Assembly (NCBI GenBank): GCA_013265495.1
Contig: MU058844.1
Location: 10,562,184-10,626,183, forward strand
Reading direction: 5' to 3'
Source of the DNA: Vicugna vicugna
Lineage: Eukaryota
Length of the DNA stretch: 64,000 nucleotides
Shown in pieces: positions 12,769 to 26,245 of the stretch. Every line of letters starts with the position of its first letter. The stretch's first letter is position 1. A program made the translations under genes and the position numbers. Below the pieces are notes generated by a model. The model was given only the letters and a program-made list of their open reading frames with translations, had not been told where the DNA came from and did not search any database.

Positions 12769-14180
12769 CCAAATGAACTCAGACTCCTTTTTCCTCACAT
12801 TTTCTCTCAACCTACCAATTTCTTAATAGAAACTGAGGATGTGGGCGGAAATAAATTCTCAGTTGCAGCATCATGGGTGTCTACTGCATGAGGAAAAAGG
12901 AAAAACATCTTGGCTTGGTTTTATTTGGTTAGACTCAGAGGCCAGTGGCACCGTGAGATGTTTGCTTTAGGAAGACACCATTGGCAGAGGTGTGGAGAAT
13001 AGAAGGAAGGTCAGCGCAGGAGCCCAGGGGCCCGACTTTGGGAGGCTGTCGCCACCGTGGAGAAGAGGTGAGACAGGAACCTGGACAGCCCCCACCCCGG
13101 GAAAAGGTGGAGGTGGAGATGGGGGTTTATCCAGGAGGTCTGAGGGGCAGGACTTACTGCTATGACAATTTGTATTTCCCCGGGAAGCTTTTCAGAAATA
13201 AGTTGTATGTCACTGGAAGAAGAAAAACCAACACATAAACAAAGCCAAACCCAAACTCTCAAAAACACCGGATCCTAAAGAAAAGAAAAAGTCAAGAAAA
13301 CATGATGAGGAAAACACAGGTATCCAGGACATCTTGTAGAAGCAGGGAAGATGGAGGGAAAATGTTGGTTGTTCCGTTGTTTTTGTGCTGCCTCAGACTG
13401 TACTCCCAGACACTTTTGATGCCTGATAACTGACACATATTTTACAATTTAGATTAAGTTAAATATACATCGCTGTTGTATAATTTCGCAGGAAACTTGA
13501 AGATCAAAAAGAGTACATACTCACACATACATGTTTATCTTCAAGTTTTAGTTGTATTTTTGCTGCCTATGACTGTATACAAAGGGTTTCAAAAGTGGTT
13601 TCCTTACTGACCAACAAAGGAGCTGTTCTTTTCGTATTTCATTGAAGGTGTAATCATTTTTTGGAGCACATTGTACCTTGCCTACCTCCTTTCTTAATCA
13701 ATAGCACGTGTATAAAAGAATTTGTTAGGCTCAATCTCTTCTTTAAGAGCAGAAATAAATTTTGAATAGTTTGCTGTTTGAAGTATTAACATGACAGATT
13801 ATTGTTTACTCATTCTCTTAGCAAGAAAAAAAAATGGATTCTTTTCCCCTCCATTCTTACATTTTAATCAATGACATCAATGATGTCTGAGAAGCCTTAG
13901 TATATTATTAACTGCATTTTAAAAAGATACTTGACAAAACTTGAAAGTGAATGATCAATGCTGTCGTTTTTCTATCAGTTGTATTTTTTCTGTTTGAAAA
14001 CATATGTTGTGGTTATCTGTCATTTTAGCACAAAAGCATGAATATAAAATGCCAAACCTACTTAGAATAGGAGTTATATATGTGTGTGTGTGTGTGTATA
14101 TATATGAACATCAAAACGGTAATGAAGAGGAAGTTGTATGTTTCTGAGAAGCATTTGAACATGAGGTGAAAATAGCAAAG

Positions 14181-14436
14181 ACAGGATAAATTAGAAGTTT
14201 GGGATGAACAGATAACACACACTACTGTCTATAAAATAGACAAACAACAAGGACCCACGGTATAGCACAGGGGACTATATTTAATATCTTGTACTAACCT
14301 ATACTGGAAAAGAATCTGAAAAATAACATATATAATGTACACGTATAACTGAAACTCTTTGCTGTACATCTGAAACTAATACAACACTAACTCAGCAATA
14401 CTTTCAATTAAAACAAAACAAAACAACAACGACAAC
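14181..14436 (+). mobile_element. L1 3' end, older cetartiodactyl/laurasiatherian type, with A-rich tail and TSD
   Basis: 'aacaacaaggacccacggtatagcacagggg...ctttgctgtacatctgaaactaatacaacac'; tail of aaaac-type repeats; TSD aaaatagcaRag at 14169-14180 and 14437-14448. Confidence 0.88.
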
Positions 14437-14931
14437 AAAATAGCAGAGGAGCTGAACCTTGTGTCTCTGCCATTTGGCCTCGCTGCCACCCCCTTCTCAA
14501 GGGGCTTTCAGGCAAATATCTACCCAATCTTTTCTGTAAGAGAAAGTGGTCACGTAACCATCCCATAGTTCCTTCTTCAGTTTCCTAAATTTGCCCCTCT
14601 GCCTTGTGTCTTTCCCGCTGTCTTCCTGACAACAGCAGCACAGAGTCAGCCTTCACAGCTCCCTCCCTCTTAGTAGTTTGCTTTCTCAGTAGAATTTCCC
14701 CTAGATTTGGAAAGAAAACCCTCTAATAGCTGTCTGCACTCCAGAAAGCTCAAACAAAAATGGTTGTTAGGGTAGACGAGCTGCACGTCTAATGCAGACT
14801 GCTTTGAGACCTTACAGCTTGGAGAAGGCTGAGCCTGCACGCATGGCTGGGATCCTAGTTGCAAAGAGGTAGGCCCGCAGCAGAGCTCAGCACTTCCTCC
14901 AAGGAAATCCTAAAATATACAGATTGTCTCT

Positions 14932-15620
14932 CCCGTTGACTGTAAATTGGAACAACGGTCTTGGGAGAGCAATTTGGCAACATTTTATCAATTTTTAAAA
15001 TGCGCATTCCCTTCCACTCAGGGATTCTGCTTAGAGGCATTTATGCCTAAGTATCCGAAGATGCATGTCCAAAGAGATTCAAAGCTGTGGTTTATGAAGG
15101 TAAAAGCACGAATGCAATCTATATATGTCTATTACTAGAGGATGATTAAAAAATCATGGTCCACCCACACAATGAAACGGTAGGCAACAATTTTTGTGCT
15201 CTCAAGCAAAGATGCCTCAGTGGTGAAGACAAGGACTTGCTTGGTGAGGCTTTAGTGTTCCCTACTTTCCAGCACCCTCTTTTCTTTGATATCAACAATT
15301 GGCATTCCACTTTATATAAAGCGTATTACACCAGAGCTTCAGGACCCCTTCCCAACCAGATTGCCTTCGTCAAGTCCCTCCTGTATCAACAATATGGAGC
15401 TATCACTAGAGCAGTTACAGTTTTCTCAAAAAGTAAAATAGTATGGTAATACTTAGACACAAGACGGAATCCACGCACACACACGTGTCTTCAAGGATAT
15501 CCCTGAAACGGGAGTTATCTCTGGATAGAAGGGCTGGAGATGGGGGTGGAGAAGAGACTTGACACTTTTGGTCTGTTTTTACTGCTTTGTTATGAGCACA
15601 TACTACTTTTATATTTAAAA
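14932..15620 (+). mobile_element. Ancient L1ME-like fragments
   Basis: 'tgtaaattggaacaacggtcttgggagagcaatttggcaa...cccttccactcagggattctgcttagaggcatttat'; interrupted by other sequence. Confidence 0.65.
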
Positions 15621-17626
15621 AAATGAATTTTAAACCGAGAACTCTACATAAACAAGTGCCTAAAATGGAAAGTTAGTAAAGGCCACTGAAAGGGGGTGGT
15701 TACTGCAATCCTTTGGGTACAGGCACTTTAACAAGGCCCTGCAAAACCATGCAGGCCCCGTGTTCTCTGTGGTGGTCCCTGGCCACGCACAGCAGACACT
15801 TGTCTCTTTTGCCTATCCCTGTATCCCTCCTGAAGACACAGTCCCCTGGAGTCCTGTGGCCACCTGATTCGTCAGGACCATGAAGGTTGTGCCTTGAGTC
15901 TGGCAGGGGTGGCAGAGCTCACCTCCTCTGAGACGCCTTCTAGGATTCTTGTAGCCCTCATTGGTCTCTGCCTTCTTTTCACTCCCATTACAAAAAAAAA
16001 AAAATTTAATTGGTTTAGTGCCTATCTACCTTTTATTTATATTAATCGTATTCCTTTTCTCTCCGGGGAGCTGATGGTAGGAAGACGCCTTCAGCTCAAC
16101 GACAGCCGCTCCGACCACAGTGCCCCCTTGGCTACCCCGCAGACCTGCTGGTGAGGAGGACAGGTTTTGCTCCTCCACCAGGACTGCAGGTATAGGGTTT
16201 CCTGTTGCAGTAAAGGGGAGAAGTTCACACACTGTGCCAAATTGCGGATAATGGGACATTCTTGGACAGTAGCTGCGACTCTCCTGGGAGATTCCTGCCT
16301 CAGGACAAAGTCCCCACTTCTTAGCAGGAAGCATAAGGCTCAGTATGCGTTCTCACTCTGCCAAAACGCACACGCACACGCACACACTCAGGATCCCCAT
16401 CTGCGGTCAATTTCTGGTACACACCCATACTCTAGCTTCACCAAGTTATTTGTCTTCCTGGAATACACAGTGTGTTTTTCTACCACAATACTAATTTATA
16501 CCAACTGTGGTTCAGTGGTATCCAGAATGCAATTAACCCACATTCGTTTTCTCCTTCCTTTGCATTTTGACTCAATGATGCTTAACTCTAAATAGCTTCT
16601 CCCTTAGAAGGAGAAAAAAAAAAAAGACTCCAACAAGACAGCTGGAGGATGGGCAAACCCCAACCACGTCTCACAATCCTGTGGGTTTGTAATGTTCCGT
16701 GTCATTGCCCACTGCATTCTCACTGGGGTGTGCTCCACGTGAGTCACTGTACAAGGCCCAGCCTCAGTTGTAAACAAAAATGAGTGTTTGCCTTCCTTAC
16801 ATATATGGAAAAGAATCGTTAGGCTTGCAGAAAAAAGATAGTTGCGGTTCAGTGTTTAATTTTTGGTTTTGCTGGTGGAAGATGAAGTTTATTTTGCTTT
16901 CTCCAATGTTTACTTGTGTCTTGCTATTCAGGCATGCAATTTTCTGAAGTTTTGTCCTTACGGCCTAATTGGGAATTCTCCTATGGTGTTCAAACGATCT
17001 CTGCTATTAACTCTTGATTTACTGATTGGTTTTTGGGCACAAAGAGTTAAAAAGCTGCAGAGGTAAACGGCTACAGACTAATGTATACAGCTCCTGAGTA
17101 AGGAAATAGACCAGTTCCATTCAAGAGAGCATGTGCCTAAGGTGTGTGAAGTTCTCTACTTAGTGAACATCAGGAAATGGTACCAACAGCTGTCTGGCTG
17201 GCATGCTGCAATCCGGCTACTTGCTGTACATCACCCTGGCTTCGCTCTGGCACATCATCAGCTTTGAAAGGCGCAAAACTGTTTTCAGCTCAATTGCAAA
17301 TTTAGATAGGAAATAACCTATTTGGCATGAAAGATGTTGGGCACTCAGTGTGGTTTTCCGACTACCTGAATTTAATTTGAGACCCTCTGAATATTTTTTA
17401 CCTGCCACTCTGCTGAGACGAGAGCTTGACGGTCAACTCAAGGGAATGCCTGGGATGGGGAAGACTCATTAATCACCTACGATGCATTGTCCTTCAAGCA
17501 CAGAGCATGGTGGCTTCTTTTTTAAAAACTGGAGGAACACATTGAGGTCCCTTACTGGAAGAGGTCAGGTGGCATCTTCACTGAGTACAACTTGGAATGG
17601 AAGGATACTTTCTTCTTTTATGTGCA

Positions 17627-17664
17627 TGAGCATACATGACTTATCTGAGCATACATGACTTATC
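17627..17664. repeat. Perfect 19-bp tandem duplication
   Basis: (tgagcatacatgacttatc)x2. Confidence 0.95.
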
Positions 17665-17834
17665 TGATAACCAGGGACTTGTGCCTTTCAGTCAGAAGTT
17701 AGTAGTTCCCAACTGGAGTCCATGAACCCCTTTTCCTCCTGTCATATCTTTTTGGAATCATAAAGAAGGCTTAACCTAAGGCAAGGTGAGAATACTCCAA
17801 TTCAATAGCAGTCAAAGAAATTAAAAAAAAAAGG

Positions 17835-18480
17835 ATGAGAATCCATGTTTTTGTCATCAAATTGGCAAAGACTTTAAAAAAAATTACATAACACTCATCA
17901 GTCAAAGGGTACAGTCATATATGAGAATGGGAGGATAATGATGTAAAATGTTAACCATTTTTCTGAAGGGGAATCTGGCATAGCAAAATATATGCATATC
18001 TTTGATCAGAAAATATGCCTTCTAAGATATATTTTGGATACGATTAAGGATATGAGCAAAGACTTAGTGACAAAGATACTAACTGCAGTGTGGTTTCTAA
18101 CACAGGAAAACTTGAAATGACTAAAGTGTTTACCAACTGGACATTAGTTAAATAAACTATGGTATAATCATATAAAGAAATGATCTATAGTCATTTAAAA
18201 CACTGTTGAGAAGATTACTGATGCAGAAAGATGTTCACAGTATTGTGTTGTTAGAAAAGCAGGTAAAAAATTAGCACACTTTGTATATTCCAACTTCATT
18301 ATGAAAAGTATTTACACAACACTTGTGTATAAAGATAGGTACCAAAAAATTAACCGCACTTATTTCTGGGTGGTGAAATTTAAGGTTGTTTAAATTTTTT
18401 TCTAATTATCTGCATTTTCAAAATTTTTTATAATTTATGTGTATATATTTACATTAGTGAAACATAAAAACTAATTCTAA
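17835..18480 (+). mobile_element. Ancient L1ME-like 3' region
   Basis: 'catcaaattggcaaagact', 'ctgaaggggaatctggcatagc', 'agttaaataaactatggtataatcata'. Confidence 0.75.
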
Positions 18481-18576
18481 CTTAAATAAACCAATATGAA
18501 TATGCATGAAGAAGCTAAGTTATTTGTGGCAATGACAGCAAGTCTAGGAGCCTGTGAATCTACGATTGATGGAGAC

Positions 18577-19030
18577 TGTGTGTTGCCTACTCCAATATCC
18601 ACTTCACCCCTTTCCCTTAGTCTTAGCTCCCCAATTTTCAGCTGGGCACATCGCTTAAGTAAAAGACGTTATTTCCCAGCCTCCCTTGCAGGAAAGGTGG
18701 TCAAGACTAGATTCAGACTACTGAGATGTAAATGGAAGTGCTATGTGGGGACTTTAAGAACCCCCACTGAAGGGCATGGGTTTACTTTATTCCTCCCTTT
18801 TCCCTTCTCAGACAGATGTACTGGCTGCCCCACAGGTCTGTGACATGGAAGCTGTGTGTGGAGGACGGCAGAAGACAGAGGTAGAGGGTAGGTTCCTTGG
18901 GATGGACAGAGACCCCATGTCAGCTTTGGACTGTTTGCCTTCACACTGTTTCATATTATAGAAACATTCATTTCTGTTTCTTTAAAACTGCTGTGATTTG
19001 GGGGTGTTCAGCTATTTGTAGCCATGGACT
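18577..19030 (+). mobile_element. MaLR solo LTR (MLT1J/H-like)
   Basis: 'atttcccagcctcccttgcag...tgagatgtaaatggaagtgctatgtggggacttt...ctgctgtgatttgggg' pattern. Confidence 0.7.
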
Positions 19031-22000
19031 TAGTGGGTTTGTGGTTGTTTCTAACTGATCAGAACCCTTTAGTGAAGGGCTTCTTAGAATCGGTTGTCCA
19101 GAAAAAGAAAAGATTCGGAGCATCATAAAAAAACCCATACTTTCACATGTATCTACACTAGCATATTGAATTTCTGAAATGTCTAGATGACTTTCTCATT
19201 AGTGATTTCTCTTTTTTGGATGGAGCAGACAAGCCCATCTAGACACGATCTTAAATGTTGATCCAGCCAATACGGAGGCAGCAGCTGCCAAATGGAATTC
19301 TTAATGGTATAAAATTAAAACTTTAAATGGATGTTAGTCGTGATGAAAATAATGCCATTTTTACACCTGTGCAAATGTGCCTTATTAAAGTATAGAGGCT
19401 TTGAATGATTACATTTAGGAAAAAGGAGCCTATTACTAAAGGCAAGTTCATCATCCGGGATGTAGTGTTACAGGAATTTTTACCAAATGAGTATTTCTGT
19501 GAACTAACTCATGGCTCTGAGAGAAAAATTGTATCGAACTCTGGAGCAATCAATACATGGATTCTTTAGCATTCAGTCATATGGCTACAAAAGTTAAGAG
19601 GAGCAGTCAAGTTTGTATCATGAATGGACTGCATGAAACATTTTACTCTCTTTTGGGGACATGCAACTAATTTTCTCAGATTTCATCGTTAGACGGCTAG
19701 TTTAGAGAGTAGTGTGACTGCGTGCTTCAAAGATTTAAATCTTGATGATGACGAAAAGTTTATTTTGTTAGCACTGCTTCTGTAAGAAAACACTTGGGCA
19801 TTTCAAAATGACATTTAAAATGACGTGACAATACAGGCAACTAAAAACCACAACATTAATTTCTTCCACCCCCCAACTGAAGACATTATTAGAAATGACA
19901 GTGGCCAGAGTTAAAAAAAAAAAAAAATGTGAAAAAAAAATGTATTTACAGAGAGACATCCCCTTTTTCTTTATTTTAGCTTTCCCTTTATCAATGCAAA
20001 TGGTCTTGTTTTCATCTCTGTAGGATTCTTTCCTCCCTGCATTCCACAAGCCCAGAGAAACTCGCTGGAACTCTTACAAAACCCTTTCTTGCTACCATAT
20101 TAGGAATCAAAATGTGTAGCAGAAACCCACTGCCAAGTCGAGATAATCAACGGGGAATGTCTGTGCCTTCAAGCCAAATGAGTGCAGAAAAATGATCAAG
20201 GCGGCAAGATGAATAATAAAACTGAGGACTGGCTTTAGATGATGATCTTTAGATTACACCCCACTCACTAGTGCAGCTGGGCTGGGAATGCCTGTACCTC
20301 TTGGCCACTCAGGTACCAGAGGCTAGTTGGGTCTAATTTTACTGTGGAGATAATTCTCTCTTAGTCACAAGTGGAGCAAAGGGAAATAATATATCTCTGC
20401 CTTATTACCTACATTAAAAATTGTTATAGTCGCCAGCCTCACAAATCTTCTACCTCCTAACCCCAAACTGATTCTGCGATACTTCAAGTATTAGATTTTC
20501 TTTTTTCCAACTTTTGCAAAGGGCCTGGAAGTATCTGGAAGTTACCAGAAAACCTGCTGGCTATTTTCACTCCAGGTGAAACTGGTTATAAGATTAGTTA
20601 CATTTGCTTAATTTATGCACAGCCCTTGATCCAGCACGTATTTGACTAGAAATACATTTTTAATTAATACATGTGACAAAATGAATAGATGATTCAAACC
20701 ACAACACAGTGGTTCTGGAATCCTCACAAGGGGTGCGATGGGGATTATATGGTGAAGGCTGAGCAATTACCTAGTGAATTAAACAGACTATTGTGGAACT
20801 AGCTGCCTGCTTTATTAAGACAGTAATGATAACACCTGAGAATGTAATGCGGTCACGATGAATAATTTGACCTTGCAGCTGCGTTTCGTAAGTCTTAAAG
20901 GAGTCAGAGGTAAGAAATGAGGAGATTGGAGAACAGAAGGTTTCATAAATCAAGAACAACAGATGACAGGAGCCTGGGTGAGAGTGTAATTGTAGACTCT
21001 GGATGAAGCAAAGAATTCAGAGCTATTACAATGTAATTTGTGTACTATGACTCTCTACGAAATTTTAATTATCAGCAAAATAATAGACCCATGGTCAAAG
21101 TGCTTCTGGCCATCTTACCTGGATAACAAAAAAGATAACAGGGAAGAAAAAAAGAGGTCTAGGACCTTTGGAGGTGCAGGGACGAGCCAACAAAAAAGTC
21201 TTCCTCCTGTGTTTATCGAATGTCAGAGTTTACAAGGTTTTCCTGGATCTTATCGTATTCGACCCTTTGCGAAGTCTGTGAAGAAGGCCTCTTTACCCCT
21301 GTCATCCATGTGAGGGCACAGGTTGGGTCAACTCTGCCTGGAGTCTCAGCAAGATGGTGCACTAGGTCTCCAATCCTTGCTCTCCCAAAACTCTCACTAG
21401 CGCCAGCCTACGTGGGGGCACCTGGTTCTCTGCGGGCTCCTCCTTTCCTTTGCAATGAGTAGCAGCTCCCACCTTGCTCTTTTGTTCAGCCTTCCATTTG
21501 ACAAATTTTTAATTCTTCAATAGTTTTGGGGACTCCACAGCTCGGTGTTGGTGAGGCAAAACTACGCCCAGAATGGACAAACAGGCAGGAAGTGCCCTTT
21601 GTTAGAGCTACTGGAGAAGGGACCCCAATACCTTGGCCGTTACTGCCACCTCCTGTTCAGACTGGCTCACCCAGAGCTGCCTTTACATACATGTGCTGTA
21701 AGTTCGCGTGTAATACCCGAGCCGAACTGATTCCAGGGGAGAGTCAGGGATATTCCCCCGTACATTTGAGCTCCCCTATTCAACCCGTTCTGGAAGCAAC
21801 ATCTTTGGGTGGTGGCCAGTGTTAGAAGGTGGTGTCAACGGGATTTAGGGAGCGAAGACTATTGTTGCAGGAGGAGGAGCTGGGAAGAGGAGGTCTCTGC
21901 GAGGTGGCCATGTGGCCGAAGACGGAGGGGAGGAGGACAGCCACGCGCTCCTACTCTGAGTGTCCCGCCTGACCCGCCGCTCTGAAACAGAGACCGCTGT

Positions 22001-23948
22001 GTGGTCCACGTACACGAGAACTGAAGGAACACAGGAAAGCTGACCCTCTTCTGATTTCAGGAAAAGAGCCTTGATGTATCCGAGTCACAGATGTGTGGCA
22101 GACTCAGCCACCTGCAAGTGAGGTCAAGAACTGGGATGGCGGCGGGACACAAAGAAGATTCCGGATCTTCCTGGAGTTTAGTATGTGAGCTTCTGAGAAT
22201 GTGGCAATCAGAGCCATCCCGATGGTTCAACAAATTCGAATAACTGTGCCAGGGTTCAAATTTGTCTTTCTTTTATAGCTTCCTGACTAATGATGGGAAG
22301 GCAACTCTAGGGAGCAGCTGGGTAACTGTGCTGGGGGAGGGAAAGTGGGCCAGGGAGGTGGCAGTCCTGCTACCTGGTGCTACAGAGTCACGACAGGTGA
22401 CAGAGCCCTACCTGTCTCATCATCCAGGCCTGCAACATACACGCGGGACGGCCTCTTTTCTTCTAAAAGCCAGGAGAAGCTACTGTTATGAGCCTGTTTT
22501 CCTTTCAAGATAGTTTCTGGTGCTAAGTTTAAGTTGATTTCACTTATTAATGGGAGAGGCCCACACAGTATGGTTAGTCACAGGTAACAGACCACCCCAG
22601 GGGGAGTTCTGGTGACAAACCCAGAGTTAGTCACGGAGGAGTAAAAAAAGAATATGGATTACCTCGCCAACTATTTCTCTAGAACACTGGCTTCCAGCCA
22701 TGGGACTGAACTTTTTCTCGTGGCACCAGGCAAACGTCAACTTCTCAATCAATGATAATTGATAAGATATTGATCATTGACCAATAATATAATTGCTCAG
22801 TGTGAAAATGCTCTCTATTCCGTCCGGACACAGTCAAACACTGCAACTTGCAAGTCATTCTGAAGGTCACTCGGCTCTGAAGTCATTCTGAAGGTCCTGC
22901 CCAAGTGGGTTAGGCTTGCAGTTGTGATTCTGTGACAGAATTTCATAGAGAAGGTATATCTAGGTCCAAGTTCAATCAAAAGGGCCACTGGCACAATCTT
23001 TTTCTTGATAGCCAACATAAAAAAAATTAGGCTCCCCCCAAAATACTCCTTTTCCCCAAAGCCCTGGGAAATTGTTGCCCTATAAATTACACAACTGTGA
23101 TTATGTGCTCGATTTCATTGTGCTCTACAGGGTGGTCCCGCAGCTCAGGTTCTGAGGACTGTCTGTGCTGGGCGAGGCGGGGATGTTTCCTGGGCAGAGG
23201 CGTTCCCTTCAGGGGCAGGTGCCTGACCACCAGGTAGCATCCATGCCTCAGATGACACTGGCTTTTCCAGATAAGTTGGTTATTTGTGTCCTCATTTGTA
23301 GATCTGACCATCTGCTGAGGCTTGGAAATAATTCACAGGTGAATTCAACATTTTTCCTCCTGTTGCTGTGGTGTGGCCAAAGGGCCTGGTGAGAGGCATG
23401 GCCAGAGGTTTACTGCCCAGTGTATTCGGAGAGGCTAATGTTGTGAGGGTGTCGAGGGCATCTGGGGCCCCGGGGTAGCATAGTATAAATTCGGCTTCTG
23501 CTCAAAAGTGACCACTTAACAGCTCGGTTTCTAGAATTTCGCTTTTAAGAAGGCAAGTAGAATGAATTTGACTAAGCTCAACCTTTATAATTTAGCCTGC
23601 CATTCCTAGGAATTGCATTAGGTAATTGCGGCCTCCAACCAGACAGAGAGCAATTAGACTGCCCTGGTATTTGATAAACTAGCTTTTTTGGGTCCCCACA
23701 GTCATGCTTTCCCCCTGTGAAACCTATACTCAGAGGCCAAGCCCCTTTGCAGTTTCTCATCATGTTTATCCTTGGAGCTCTGGCTTCAGTTTACTCAGTT
23801 ATAAGAGTAAAATGGATTCCAAGGCCCATTTATTAAAATATGACTCAGCTTAATACATTTAAAGAAAACCCACAGATTAAACAACGCCGACACCCACGTC
23901 GGCTGGAAATCTCGCAGGCGGCATTGTTCTTGTAGTCAATCTGAGATG

Positions 23949-24127
23949 TTCTTGAACTTTCACCTTCATCGGAATCACCTGGAGGGCTCGTTAAACCCAG
24001 CTGCTGCGCCCCACTCACAGATGCGGTCGATCTCGGGTGGGGAGGGGTCCGAGAAGGTCCGCTTCTAATAACTTTCAGGTGGAGTTGATGCTGCGGGGCC
24101 TCCAACCGCATTTTGAGAATTTGCTGC
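23949..24127. mobile_element. MER5A-like hAT DNA transposon, unusually CpG-rich copy
   Basis: 'catcggaatcacctggagggctcgttaaac...ttctaataactttcaggtggagttgatgctg...cattttgagaa'. Confidence 0.8.
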
Positions 24128-24204
24128 TCCAAGAAGCACACGTTTTACCAGCCTCTCTCCTCTTTTTTCTTAATCTCTAGACCATGATGACACTCGTTGA
24201 GGCC

Positions 24205-24370
24205 TGTGATGGGCTGAATTCTGCCCCCCAACTCGTATGTTGAAGACCTAACCCCCAGGAATGTGACTGTGTTCGGTGGCAGGGCCTTTAAACAGGCAAT
24301 TAAGTTAAAGTGAGGTCACGGGGTGGTGGGGGTGGGCTTCAACCAATGGGAGGTCCTCACAGAAAAGGGC
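24205..24370 (+). mobile_element. MLT1-type LTR, 5' part
   Basis: 'tgtgatgggctgaattctgcccccc...tatgttgaagacctaacccccag...aatgtgactgt...agggcctttaaacaggcaattaagttaaagtgaggtca'. Confidence 0.8.
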
Positions 24371-24384
24371 CGACCCTCCCCGAG

Positions 24385-24560
24385 GAGGCGCGTTCTCCCA
24401 GCGGACGGCCTTCGGATTCCAGCCGGGACGTCAGCGCCGCCCTCGGTCTCCCGCCTCCCGCGCCAACCTCTACAGAACCGTGAGTCCGTTCCTCCAGTTT
24501 TCTCTCCCTCTTCACACACACGTAGCCCTCCTGTTGGTTTTGTCCCTCTGGAGACTCCTA
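24385..24560 (+). mobile_element. MLT2-type LTR, 3' part
   Basis: 'gccttcggattcc...cgtgagtccgttcct...cacacacac...cctgttggttttgtccctctggagactcc' resembles the MLT2 3' end. Confidence 0.6.
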
Positions 24561-26059
24561 TGAGGTCTCATTGCCACTCGGGTTCTGGCTGAAGCCCGAG
24601 GAGAAGCCTTTCCTTAGCAATACTTTCCAGGCAGTAGAAGCACTGGGAAAACGGCGCGTGCTGGCTTTCTCATCATACGCACCCCTCACCTAATGCCTTT
24701 TCTTATCATTTACGCGGACATGTTGAATATTCACGGTATAAGGGGCTGCTCTGTGCCCAGGAAGAGACCCTCACCTGCTCTTCGTCCCGGGAACCATGCT
24801 TTAGATCGCTTTTTAAATTGTCTTGTTTGTGGTCAACGTCGTAACGAAACGGTCTCTCAAGTAGGTAACTGTTCACTGGGACTGCGGTTTAACCAAAAGC
24901 TAATTCCGGCCTTTAATATGAGGGGGGAGTCACGTGGAGTTTCGTTGGCGTATTTTGAACACTTTACAAATGTGTCAGTGTGAGTGGATGTGGTGTCTTA
25001 TTATCTGCATTTTGAATTTTCCCGAAGTCCTGCCTCACACGCCGAGGATTTAATGAGCTTCCACAAAGATCTTTACATCAAAACAGCTCTTGGGGAGCCG
25101 TAAGCTTTCCTGAGCTTACTCTTTTCATGTCGTTGCACTTTTTTCCCTGCCTCCGGCATCAACGTGATTGAAGGTAGGGGGCTATTTAGGTTTGCAGCAT
25201 CGAGGGCGCACCTGTGGAAACCCGCCCTGTGAAGGTGCCCATCCAAGAGGGGCCGTTCTCGGGGCTGCTTTGTTTCAAGTTGGCTTTATGAACAGAAATG
25301 AGAGCTTTCAGAATGGATCAATCCTAGATAACCACAGTTCAAAAAAAAAAAAAAAAAACCTGGGTTTGAAATAAGATGAGATCTTATCTCTGGGAGCCGG
25401 AAACCTTGGCGTTGCGTTCGGGCTGGAGGGAGAATCACACGTGTTGAGACAGCAGCACCTACTGGCCAAGTGGGAGACAGCCGCTCCAGAGAGGAGTCTG
25501 GGCTGAGCGCTGTGGAAGCTTCTTCAGGGGAGGAATTCCTAGGGTCTGAGCTTGCGAGGGGTTGAGGGCAGATTGACTCAACCTTGGAGGGTCGACTCCA
25601 GTGTCAGAAGGTTCTGTGAAGGGCCCCATGGTTCTCAAAGTGCTAAAGCCTCCATTCTGCGAACAGTGTTGTTTGGGGAAACCCCGGAGATACTCCACTT
25701 TCTCTTTCTTCCTAAGAAGTTTGAGATTGAGTTATTATTTTTAATCTCTCTTGCATGCGGTTATCTCCTCTTAGTCCATGAAATAAACCGGAAAGTAAAA
25801 TTCTTTTTACAGATATCAGCTAGCCAATAGGAGGATTCAGAAAAGAGAGTTATTCCGAAGTAGAAGTAGCAAGCTTGGCTTTTTGTCCCAGGCTGGATCA
25901 TCCTGGGGTTTCTCTTACTAGCTTCATGAACGCTAAGCGAAAATGTTACTGGGATATGGAGCACGTTCTTGATGTGTGGTATACAGAAACGCTAATAGCT
26001 GACGCCTAGTTAATAATGTTCGTTTAAGCTAACCACCAGGTTCCATTTGCATATGTTTT

Positions 26060-26245
26060 GACTTTGTGAAGCATTTTGATACATATCATACTAACAATAA
26101 AAAGTCGATTAGCCAGGCAGCTTTAGGTCCATCTTCCAGATGGGGTAACAGACACAAGGAACTGAAGAGGTTGATTGAAGGTCACGTTGTTGGTTAGAGC
26201 TGGCCGCCAGATGACATGTCCCTCACGGCTACAGTTGTGCTTCTT
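26060..26245 (-). mobile_element. MIR SINE fragment
   Basis: 'ccatcttccagatggggtaacagacacaagg...gaaggtcacg' is the reverse MIR core. Confidence 0.6.

Noticed and set aside
16167..16595. 142-aa plus-strand ORF
   Set aside because: TTG start, crosses a (CA/CG) simple repeat, no family resemblance
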